Source: Chloroflexota bacterium (GTDB taxonomy: Bacteria > Chloroflexota > Dehalococcoidia > Lucifugimonadales > SAR202-VII-2). Taken from it: a DNA stretch of 64,000 bases. A program made the translations under genes and the position numbers. Below, piece by piece: positions 56,367 to 64,000 of this stretch; the first letter of the stretch is position 1; each line of letters begins with the position of its first letter. A model generated the notes under the pieces. It did not search any database and was not told the origin of the DNA. It saw only the letters and a list, made by a program, of their open reading frames with translations. The stretch covers positions 166 to 64,165 of the forward strand of contig QEVV01000007.1 of assembly GCA_003228115.1 (NCBI GenBank), in the 5' to 3' direction.

Positions 56367-58447
56367 CTGAGGACGTCAATCTGAACGGCGGCCAGCCATT
56401 GGTAGAGATGAGCCATTTGGCGGTGACCTTCTACACGCCCCGGGGAACCGTCCGCGCTATACGGGACGCGTCTCTCCGAATTGAACGGGGCGAGGTGGTG
56501 GGACTGGTGGGCGAGTCGGGGTGCGGCAAGTCTACCGCCGCCCTAGCGCTGATGGGCTATCTTCCAGGGACCACCAAGGTAGAGGGCTCTCTGCTCTTCG
56601 AGGGCCAGGAAATCAATGAAATGTCGCCCGCAGAGCTGCGCAAGCTCTGGGGCAAACGAATAGCCATGGTCTACCAAGACCCGGCCACAGCCCTGAACCC
56701 TACGATGCGCGTAGGGCCTCAGATAGATGAGTTGCTTCAGCACCACTTGCAACTGAGTAAATCAGAGGCTCAACAGAAAACTATCGAGTTGTTCACCAGC
56801 GTTAAACTGGCCGACCCCGACACTATAGGCAACCGATACCCTCACCAAATGAGCGGCGGCCAACAGCAGCGGGCCGTCATCGCAATGGCCTTAGCCTGCG
56901 AGCCAGATTTGCTGATCATGGACGAGCCGACCACCGGACTCGACGTGACCACGGAAGCGACGATCCTCGACCTGGTAGTGGACCTAAAGGATCGCTTCAA
57001 AGCCGGCATCCTGTATGTGTCCCACAATCTCGGCGTCATCGCCCGCGTCGCCGACCGCGTAGTGGTGATGTACGCCGGCCAAACGATTGAGGAAGCCCCG
57101 GTTCGGGACCTGTTCAAGGCTCCAAGGCACCCCTACACCGCGGGTCTTCTGAGCTGCGTCCCGGCACCCGTGAGCACGGAAAACAGTGCCGTGCAACTCA
57201 GCAGCATCCCCGGTTCGGTCTTCCCCGCAAGCCTGCCCACGGAAGAGGCTTGCCTCTTCGCTCCGCGGTGTCCCATGGCGCAAGAACGGTGCCGGACAGA
57301 AGTACCCGCCGTGTTCGATGCCGGTGGCGACCATAGCGCACGCTGTTTCTTCTGGGGCGATGTCCGGCCAGGCATCTGGGGAACCGACGAGCTACGCCAG
57401 GAGGGTGAACGCGGCGAAGTTGAGCCAGTGCTCACGGCCACCAGCCTCAGAAAGCGGTACGGGCACTGGGAGCGCAAGTATCTATTCTTCGGCCCGTGGG
57501 TTCGGCCGCCAGTGCGTGCATTAACGGGCGTGGACTTCGCCGTCGGATCCGGCCGTACCCTTGGCATAGTAGGAGAGAGTGGGTCAGGAAAGACAACTGC
57601 AGCCAGGGTTGTGGTCGGCCTGGTACCCAGCGACGGCGGTCAGCTAACCTTGCAGGATGAGGAAATGCCGTCCGCGGTCCAGGACAGGAGCCGCTCCCAG
57701 CGCGCCGCTGTCCGAATGGTCTTCCAGAACCCCAAGGCATCTCTCAATCCCAAACTGCCCATCCGCCACGCCATCCTGCGCGCCTTGCGCAAGTTCGCTG
57801 GCTTGAACCGGCGTGAGAGCTTGGAACGGGCCCGGGAACTGATGGAGGCTGTGGGGCTGGGCCCAGAGCTTTTGGACAGGCCTCCGACAGAACTGAGTGG
57901 TGGTCAACAGCAGCGCGTGGCCCTGGCGGGTGCTTTCGCTGCCAACCCAGAGCTCGTAGTGTTGGATGAGGCAGTCTCGGCGCTGGATGTCTCTGTCCAG
58001 GCCCAAGTGCTCAACCTCTTAGACCGGCATCAGGATGAAACAGGAACTTCGCATATCTTCATCTCCCACGACCTGGGAGTTGTTCGCTACGTGTCTGACG
58101 ACATCCTCGTCCTCTACGCCGGCCACGTCGCCGAGTCCGGGCCCGCCGAAAGCGTCCTGAACTCCCCTTCGCACCCGTACACGGAAGCTCTTCTATCCGC
58201 AGCGCCCGTCCCTGACCCAGACGCTCCTCCCACGCACATCCGCCTTCCGGGTGCTGTGCCGACGATGCGCGAGCGGTTCCAAGGCTGCTTCTTTGCTGGC
58301 CGCTGCCCGCGCAAGCTCGACGGTGATATCTGCGACACTACTCCGCCTCCAGTACGCACGGGGCCACGCTCCTCAAAGCACGTCATCCACTGCCACATAC
58401 CGCTGGAGGAGCTTACAGCGCTCCAGCGGAACGGAACCTCTACGTAA
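56363..58447 (+). CDS. Fused tandem ABC ATPase (DppD-DppF-like, two nucleotide-binding domains)
   Basis: Two Walker A motifs ('GESGCGKST', 'GESGSGKTT'), two signature motifs ('MSGGQQQR', 'LSGGQQQR') and Cys-rich oligopeptide C-terminal segments. Confidence 0.92.
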   Translation: MTEDVNLNGGQPLVEMSHLAVTFYTPRGTVRAIRDASLRIERGEVVGLVGESGCGKSTAALALMGYLPGTTKVEGSLLFEGQEINEMSPAELRKLWGKRIAMVYQDPATALNPTMRVGPQIDELLQHHLQLSKSEAQQKTIELFTSVKLADPDTIGNRYPHQMSGGQQQRAVIAMALACEPDLLIMDEPTTGLDVTTEATILDLVVDLKDRFKAGILYVSHNLGVIARVADRVVVMYAGQTIEEAPVRDLFKAPRHPYTAGLLSCVPAPVSTENSAVQLSSIPGSVFPASLPTEEACLFAPRCPMAQERCRTEVPAVFDAGGDHSARCFFWGDVRPGIWGTDELRQEGERGEVEPVLTATSLRKRYGHWERKYLFFGPWVRPPVRALTGVDFAVGSGRTLGIVGESGSGKTTAARVVVGLVPSDGGQLTLQDEEMPSAVQDRSRSQRAAVRMVFQNPKASLNPKLPIRHAILRALRKFAGLNRRESLERARELMEAVGLGPELLDRPPTELSGGQQQRVALAGAFAANPELVVLDEAVSALDVSVQAQVLNLLDRHQDETGTSHIFISHDLGVVRYVSDDILVLYAGHVAESGPAESVLNSPSHPYTEALLSAAPVPDPDAPPTHIRLPGAVPTMRERFQGCFFAGRCPRKLDGDICDTTPPPVRTGPRSSKHVIHCHIPLEELTALQRNGTST

Positions 58448-58643
58448 CCTTGGAAAGCAACCTACGGGAATGCAAAACCCCCAACAAAGGCGCGGTGCTC
58501 AGGCAGGCGTCTCCTATCTCCGGCAGCTACCCACGGCAGGAAGACCCAATTGGCAGCATCAGAAGGAGTGCTTACCTCGGCAGATGCTGGTGGGGTAAGT
58601 CTACAATGCCGGTAATGGCGAGACCACGCCGGAGGCGTCACCC

Positions 58644-58775
58644 ATGTGTGGCCGATTCACGATCAAGACTGACTTAACAACCCTGGGGGAGCGTTTCCAC
58701 TTCGACCCAGGTCGCTCACCTTTCAGCCCCGCTTCAACCTCCCGCCGACCGATGGAGCCCTCACGGTAATTGCCC
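58644..58775 (+). pseudogene. SRAP/YedK-family (SOS-response-associated peptidase) N-terminal fragment with frameshift
   Basis: 'MCGRFTIKTDLTTLGERFHFDPGRSPFS', then a -1 shift at a C-run gives 'PRFNLPPTDGALTVI'. The remainder of the protein is absent. Confidence 0.6.
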
Positions 58776-59391
58776 ATAAAATACCGGCGCTGCTGTTCGG
58801 TAAGACAGTAATAAACATTGACATCGACCAACGGAAGATCTTCACCAGCGATGGAGAGTCGATCCATTGGCATCGCTTGGTATCCACACTTCCTCTGCCC
58901 GTGCTGCTGAGCTTAATTTCCACAGCCCCATCCGAACCAAAGGCCAGGGCCTCCGTTCTTGATGTTTTGTCATTTAAGCTTGGGCTGGTGGTCATCGGCC
59001 ACCCGGTAGACCTGGATGTGCAGCGGATATACTCAGCAGAGCCAGAAATTCCCGGGCATAAGATTGTGTTGAATCACAACTCTTCGGATTACTTGAGGTC
59101 CCTCCAACATCACGGGGTGACCGTCGAAATTGGAGTGGGCCCCAGCAAAGCCCCTCTGAGGCAGGACACAGAGCAATGAATTGTTGATAGTCTTGGCATC
59201 ATCAAAGACCCGGTGGAAGTTCGCCACCTTGAGGTGCGGGATGTAAAAAGGGCGTATCCCGTGCCTACGTTAGAGCAAAACTCTATCGTGGCCGAGATCA
59301 AGGAATGGATTGAGCCCTAGGGCATTTACACGCTCGGGCGATTTGGTGAATGGGCGTACATCAATGAGGATCGCCGGAGCCAGGCCCAATG
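58776..59391 (+). pseudogene. FAD-dependent oxidoreductase (amine-oxidase/UGM-like) remnant, N-terminally truncated, two in-frame stops
   Basis: One frame reads '...HRLVSTLPLPVLLSL...IYSAEPEIPGHKIVLNHNSS...(TGA 59177)...VKRAYPVPTLEQN...(TAG 59318)GIYTLGRFGEWAYIN'. No GxGxxG domain is present. Confidence 0.55.
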
Positions 59392-59499
59392 AAAGCTCTT
59401 TGTCCCATCAGGGGTTGGCGATGCCCATGATTAGCCGGAGGGATGCTCGCACTGCCCTCGCCCTTGCACGGAAAAGGCCCATCTGTGTGTACAGGTGAC

Positions 59500-59950
59500 C
59501 TACTTCTTCTGCAGCACGATCACCGTCGATTGGTTCAACGGGTTTAGCTGCACCCCGCGCACGAACATTTCTACTACGGTCAGGTCCGTCTTCCGAATAG
59601 CGCGGAGAAGGCTCCTAACGTAACCTTGCTTCCTGCTATAAAGTCTCTGGGCTAGCCCTGCAAGCTCATAGACTGGCTCTATCAACACCACTCGGCCCCG
59701 CGCTACCCGGGCGATCTCAGCCAAAGCCTGGTCAATGACCGCCTCCATCTGTTCCAGCGCGTGGGAAGAGTACACGAAGTCGAAAGAACCATCCTCGAAC
59801 TCCAGGGCCTCCCCGTTCATGCGGATCATCTTCACGTTGGGACGGTGGCCCATCCGATTGCGGGCAATCGCCAGGCGTTCGGCGGAGATGTCGATGCCGG
59901 TGATCTCCGCATCAGGGAAGCGTTTCGATAGCCGCCTTGTCCAAGACCCC
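59500..59950 (-). pseudogene. Class I SAM-dependent methyltransferase lacking motif I (N-terminally truncated)
   Basis: 'FPDAEITGIDIS...FEDGSFDFVYSSHALEQM...GRVVLIEP'. No GxGxG segment occurs upstream in any frame. It overlaps the deacetylase 3' end. Confidence 0.5.
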
Positions 59951-60775
59951 AATGGCCTCCGGCCGGCCCATCTCATAGGGGTGCATGGCAATACACATAA
60001 CCCGTCCGCTCTCCAAGCCCTCCTCATAGAGGGTGTCGAACTGGTCGCAGATCATGCGAAAGAACGTCTCACTATCAAAAGGCGCGTGAATGCCGGCATC
60101 GTTGATCTCCAATGAGTACGGAAGCGAGATCAGCTTGCCCTTGCTCACGTTGAGCGGAAACGGCTGGTCGTCGTGAAACCAGTCGCAATGATAGACGAAA
60201 CCAGCCTCGGCCAGCAGGTCCAATGTGCGCGGCGTTTTGGACTGCGCCGGCCCGAAGACTCCTTTCAGGTGCTTTCCCGTAGCTTGAAAGGTCTGTTCTT
60301 TGCCACGTTTGTAGTATTCCCGCTCCTCTGCCTCCGTCAAATCGTAAATGTCACGAGTGTTATAGACACCGTGCAGTATGAAATCCCAGTCAAGGTCAAC
60401 CATGGCTTTGGTGATCTCCGGAAGGTGCTCAAAAACCGAGGTCGTCACGGACGCAGAGGCTCTTACGCCATGTCGAGAAAGCGTTTCAGCCAGCCGCCAG
60501 AAGCCGATTCGGTTCCCGTAGTCACGGTATCCGTACATGCGTGGGTCGGGATGGGGCGTCCGAGGCCATGGATTCCGGTGGGGGTTATGGGGGGGCAGGT
60601 ATTCGTAGTAGCCCACGTTTGGGCAGACCCAGAACGCTAGACGTGCCCCACCAGGCCACCGAATCTTGGGCCGGCCTGCAATGGGGGCGTAGTCGAAACC
60701 TTCCCAAGCCTCGATCTTCACGACCTTCTCCAGAAATCGCACAACTCCGTCCCCGGCTCCCCGTAAATGGAGCAT
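59912..60775 (-). CDS. Polysaccharide deacetylase/PuuE-like protein (possibly truncated at both ends)
   Basis: 'RPKIRWPGGARLAFWVCPNVGYYEY...' to '...IAMHPYEMGRPEAI'. It ends about 35 aa earlier than expected for this family. An SD-less ATG at 60843 lies in another frame. Confidence 0.7.
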   Translation of the reverse strand: MLHLRGAGDGVVRFLEKVVKIEAWEGFDYAPIAGRPKIRWPGGARLAFWVCPNVGYYEYLPPHNPHRNPWPRTPHPDPRMYGYRDYGNRIGFWRLAETLSRHGVRASASVTTSVFEHLPEITKAMVDLDWDFILHGVYNTRDIYDLTEAEEREYYKRGKEQTFQATGKHLKGVFGPAQSKTPRTLDLLAEAGFVYHCDWFHDDQPFPLNVSKGKLISLPYSLEINDAGIHAPFDSETFFRMICDQFDTLYEEGLESGRVMCIAMHPYEMGRPEAIGVLDKAAIETLP

Positions 60776-60984
60776 GGATAGTAGTCGGGCCCTCCGGGGT
60801 TGCTGTCATAGACAGGCATGCGTTGTTTCTGATCGGCGCTCATAGTCCTGGGATTATATAGCTCCTCGGCTTGATAAGGGTCATGAGACCTGAGCCGGGT
60901 CGTACGAAGGGATTGAGGTCCTGCGGCCGGGCTCTCTTCTCAAGGCTCGTATAATGGGCCTAACGAGATGCAAAGGAGAATGCC

Positions 60985-61353
60985 ATGGCCTACCTCGACC
61001 ATACCATCGTCCCATCCCACGATAAGGAAGCATCGGCAAAGTTCATCGCGAAGATCTTCGGCTTGGAGTACAAGGGACCGTGGGGGCCCTTTGCCCCTGT
61101 AAAGTTCAACGAGACGCTCAGTATGGACTTTGGGGAACGACCGGAGGTTCATCACAATCACTACGCCTTCATAGTGACCGATGAGGAGTTCGACGCCATT
61201 TTTCAGCGCATCAAAGACGAAGGTATCCCCTACGGCAGCGGGCCGAGGTCGGTAGACGATATGCAAATAAACCATCTTTACGAGGGGCGCGGATTCTACT
61301 TCCCAGACGCCAACGGCCACACCTGGGAGGTCATTACCCATACCTATGTGTAG
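60985..61353 (+). CDS. VOC (glyoxalase/dioxygenase) family protein
   Basis: 122 aa, 'LDHTIVPSHDKEASAKFIAKIFGL...GFYFPDANGHTWEVI'. AAAGGAGA SD. Confidence 0.85.
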   Translation: MAYLDHTIVPSHDKEASAKFIAKIFGLEYKGPWGPFAPVKFNETLSMDFGERPEVHHNHYAFIVTDEEFDAIFQRIKDEGIPYGSGPRSVDDMQINHLYEGRGFYFPDANGHTWEVITHTYV

Positions 61354-61434
61354 CAGCCGCATCCTGAGGTTGAGCCTACCCCCATCATCCAAGACGCTCC
61401 AGCCCTTTGGGGCTCCTGCTGGCAAGGTGGCCTA

Positions 61435-62853
61435 ATGTCCCCGTTCTCAACAGATTCGGACCGGGATGCCGTCGCCCTTATCGCCGAGTGGGCCGCTGGC
61501 ACCACGTACGAGTCGCTGCCCGACAATGTAACCGCCCTCGTCAAGAACCTGCTGTTGGACACATTGGGGACAACCTTGGCGGCAAACACCTTGGGAGTTG
61601 GATGCCAGCAGCTCCTGAGGATGGCTCGATCAACCGGTGGGTCGCCGGAAAGCTCCCTACTAGGGTTCCCAGACAAGGTTCCGGCGGTAATGGCCGCTCT
61701 GGTCAACGGAGGAATGGCCCACGCTCTGAACTATGACGACATCAGCGAGGGCGGTGGACATATGGGGGTGACGACACTCCCGGCAGCGCTGGCTGTCGCC
61801 GAGAAGGCGGGCGGGGTGAGCGGAAAGGAACTGATAACAGCGGTGGCCTCAGGAGCGGAACTGATGTCACGCCTGGGCCTCGCTGTCATCGAAGAGCAAG
61901 ACCTCAACAACGAAGCCCACCCTCAACCTACCCAAATGCCTGGTTACTTCAGCGCGGCCCTCAGTGCAGGCCGGGTACTTCGGCTCAATGCCCAGCAGAT
62001 GCAAAGCGCTCTGGGCCTCGCATACATGCAGGCTGCGGGGGGGAGGCAGCTTGTGCTTGAAGGCCGTCCTGCCAAGGCCATTTACGCGGGATTCTCCAAT
62101 CAGGGAGGCGTTATAAGTGCGCTACTGAGCCTCGACGGATTGGAAGCGGATGGAGCCATTTTCGAAGGCACGGCGGGCTTCTTCAACACATATTACCGAG
62201 GGCGGTATCAGCGGCAGGCCTTGGTGGAGGGTCTGGGAGAGCGTTACTCTCTTCTCTCTGCACAGTTCAAGCCCTGGCCGACAACAGCTGTCGCACACCC
62301 GTTCATAGAAGGGGCCATCTCGTTGGCCCGAGAACATGACCTAACGCCAAACCAAATAGTCTCGGTGGAAATCTACGGGGGGCCCGAACTACGAGCTTTT
62401 TGCGAGCCGCCGGAAACCCGCCGGAAACCTCAAACAGCGGTTGAAGCGGAAGACAGCGTGCTGTTCGCAGTAGCGAAGGCTTTGGCCAACAGAGAAGTAA
62501 CCCTTGATGACCTGCGGCCCGCGGGCCTGCGTCAGTATGAAGCGTTAGTCTTGAGTGAGCAGGTGCGCTACCACATCGAGGCGGAGCCGGCGCGCCGCGG
62601 CGTCATAAGTATCGCGACAACTTCCGGGCAAACCCACTCCATCCAGATAGACCGTCCGCTGGGGCATCCTTCGAAGCCGCTGTCGTTCTCTGACCTGGCC
62701 AAGAAGTTTCGGAACTGTGCCAGCTATTCCGCCAACGAAATCCATCCACGGGACTTGGAAAAGGTGATCGACCTCATAGAGCATCTCGAGGACGTCCCTG
62801 ACGTGGGTGCGATCCCAGCTCTGCTTTCGGGATCACAAGCCGTTCCTCGTTGA
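61435..62853 (+). CDS. MmgE/PrpD-family protein (2-methylcitrate dehydratase superfamily)
   Basis: 472 aa, 'LVKNLLLDTLGTTLAAN...ALVNGGMAHALNYDD'. Confidence 0.88.
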   Translation: MSPFSTDSDRDAVALIAEWAAGTTYESLPDNVTALVKNLLLDTLGTTLAANTLGVGCQQLLRMARSTGGSPESSLLGFPDKVPAVMAALVNGGMAHALNYDDISEGGGHMGVTTLPAALAVAEKAGGVSGKELITAVASGAELMSRLGLAVIEEQDLNNEAHPQPTQMPGYFSAALSAGRVLRLNAQQMQSALGLAYMQAAGGRQLVLEGRPAKAIYAGFSNQGGVISALLSLDGLEADGAIFEGTAGFFNTYYRGRYQRQALVEGLGERYSLLSAQFKPWPTTAVAHPFIEGAISLAREHDLTPNQIVSVEIYGGPELRAFCEPPETRRKPQTAVEAEDSVLFAVAKALANREVTLDDLRPAGLRQYEALVLSEQVRYHIEAEPARRGVISIATTSGQTHSIQIDRPLGHPSKPLSFSDLAKKFRNCASYSANEIHPRDLEKVIDLIEHLEDVPDVGAIPALLSGSQAVPR

Positions 62854-62949
62854 TTTTGGAGAGTTGACATGGCCAAAGCGTGGAAATAGATTGGAGAGAG
62901 AGGCTGTCTCAAAAGTCGACCGGTCAATCTAAGGACACCGAAAGTCGTT

Positions 62950-62977
62950 AATGACAGTCGTAGGGGCGTTTAATTAA
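62950..62977 (+). terminator. 28-nt perfect palindrome/hairpin downstream of the PrpD-family gene
   Basis: gtaggggcgtttaa|ttaaacgcccctac. The U-tract is weak, so the terminator function is tentative. Confidence 0.45.
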
Positions 62978-63178
62978 ACGCCCCTACGTTGCTCTGGCAA
63001 CGAGAATCGCCGTTCACTGTGGCGGTCCGCTACTTCTGGAACAGCCTCGAAACGGCGCCTTGAGGCGAAACTGCGGCCAAAGTCTCTATAACAAAAATAA
63101 GCGGCCCGGAGTCCACTTCATTCGTCGAACAATGTCTGGCAGCGGTAGAAACCAAGCCAGCGAACAATCCAGGTAGCA

Positions 63179-64000
63179 ATGCTTTCTCAAGAGCTCAACG
63201 AACTACTGACCAGAACCGGCCCAGGCACGCCTATGGGCGATGCGATGCGGCGGTACTGGATGCCCGCGTTGCTCTCCCGGGAGCTTGAGCCGGACGGGTC
63301 GCCAAGGCGGGTGAGGCTTTTGGGAGAGCAACTGGTAGCCTTCCGGAGTACCGGTGGGCGAATAGGCCTGCTTGACGAGTTCTGCGCTCACCGGCGGACA
63401 TCGCTATTTCTCGGGCGCAATGAGGAAGACGGATTGCGCTGTATCTATCACGGTTGGAAGTACGACGTTGACGGCAACTGCGTAGAGATGATGAATGAGC
63501 CGGAGGCGCTTAGCTTCCTGAAGAAGGTCCGTCAGACATCCTACCCCACCGTGGAGATGGGTGGACTTGTTTGGGCGTACATGGGGCCTCCAGAGAGGAA
63601 GCCCGCCCTACCCAAATTCGCTTGGACCCAAGTGCCGGAATCCCATCGCCATGTCTCCCGCATAGGGGAGGAGTGCAACTGGCTGCAGGGGCTTGAAGGC
63701 GGTATGGACAACTCTCACGCTCCAATCTTGCACCGCCTGCTGACGACCAGTGCGAATACCGGCGGGGTGGATGGAGCGGTGCCCTTCGCTAGAGGCAAAG
63801 TCCTCAAACTGGACCACGATGTCACGGACTACGGATTCCGCTACGCCGGCATCAGGCCCCTGGGAAGTGAAGGGAGCTACGTCCGCACCTACCACTTCGT
63901 GATGCCCTTCACCCAGATTCGCCCAGCACAGTTCTCTAACCGCAGCGACGAACCTCAGCGGCCTCAGGTCCATGGCCACATGTGGGTGCCAATGGATGAT
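63179..64000 (+). CDS. Rieske oxygenase, phthalate-dioxygenase/KshA-like alpha subunit (3' end beyond window)
   Basis: Absent from the track because it has no stop within the window. ATG 63179; 'CAHRRTSLFLG...LRCIYHGWKY' Rieske motif; 'NWLQGLEGGMDNSHAPILH'. Confidence 0.88.
   Translation, partial: MLSQELNELLTRTGPGTPMGDAMRRYWMPALLSRELEPDGSPRRVRLLGEQLVAFRSTGGRIGLLDEFCAHRRTSLFLGRNEEDGLRCIYHGWKYDVDGNCVEMMNEPEALSFLKKVRQTSYPTVEMGGLVWAYMGPPERKPALPKFAWTQVPESHRHVSRIGEECNWLQGLEGGMDNSHAPILHRLLTTSANTGGVDGAVPFARGKVLKLDHDVTDYGFRYAGIRPLGSEGSYVRTYHFVMPFTQIRPAQFSNRSDEPQRPQVHGHMWVPMDD

Noticed and set aside
56363-58447. The 694-aa fused double ABC ATPase as an unusual feature.
   Set aside because: Fused DppD/DppF-type ATPases are a known, fairly common architecture. 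Both halves have normal Walker and signature motifs.
59177-59179. In-frame TGA in the oxidoreductase remnant as a second selenocysteine codon.
   Set aside because: The same frame also contains an in-frame TAG and lacks its N-terminal domain. No hairpin follows the TGA and no Cys aligns there in my recollection of the family. It is a pseudogene.

Overview
About 58-60% GC bacterial chromosomal window. Gene content suggests a monoderm, Chloroflexota/SAR202-like marine lineage, but that is a low-confidence inference. Nt 1849-23702, minus strand, is a nearly uninterrupted translation super-operon: rpsL-rpsG-fusA, then S10, spc and alpha blocks (rpsJ to rplQ, including secY, adk, map, infA, rpmJ, rpoA), then truA-rplM-rpsI. 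No tuf lies between fusA and rpsJ. Seven of these proteins carry long acidic Ala/Glu/Pro/Val low-complexity extensions, and S17 holds eight tandem 45-nt coding repeats. Downstream are two secreted repeat proteins. One has an 11-bp tandem duplication that separates its SD+ATG from the gene body. Housekeeping genes follow: a selD whose N-terminus the ORF track misses because it contains an in-frame UGA (selenocysteine) codon, then miaA, dapF, a DapL-type aminotransferase, hflX, ctpA, smpB, xthA and ssrA (tmRNA). After the tmRNA comes a roughly 2.9-kb islet of orphan genes ending in a serine-recombinase remnant. Next is a catabolic cluster (44.6-52 kb): a MaoC double hot-dog hydratase, a Cys-less thiolase-like protein with a stand-alone DUF35, two family III CoA-transferases and Rieske oxygenase alpha/beta subunits. 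An Opp/Dpp-type ABC transporter follows, then a patch of decayed genes (58.6-60.8 kb), then VOC, PrpD-family and Rieske genes. hflX and DUF35 have conserved N-termini with no canonical start codon; each has SD-ATA-GCT at the expected position. No rRNA, tRNA, CRISPR array or intact mobile element was seen. All calls rest on reading the translations and sequence by eye; no searches were run.
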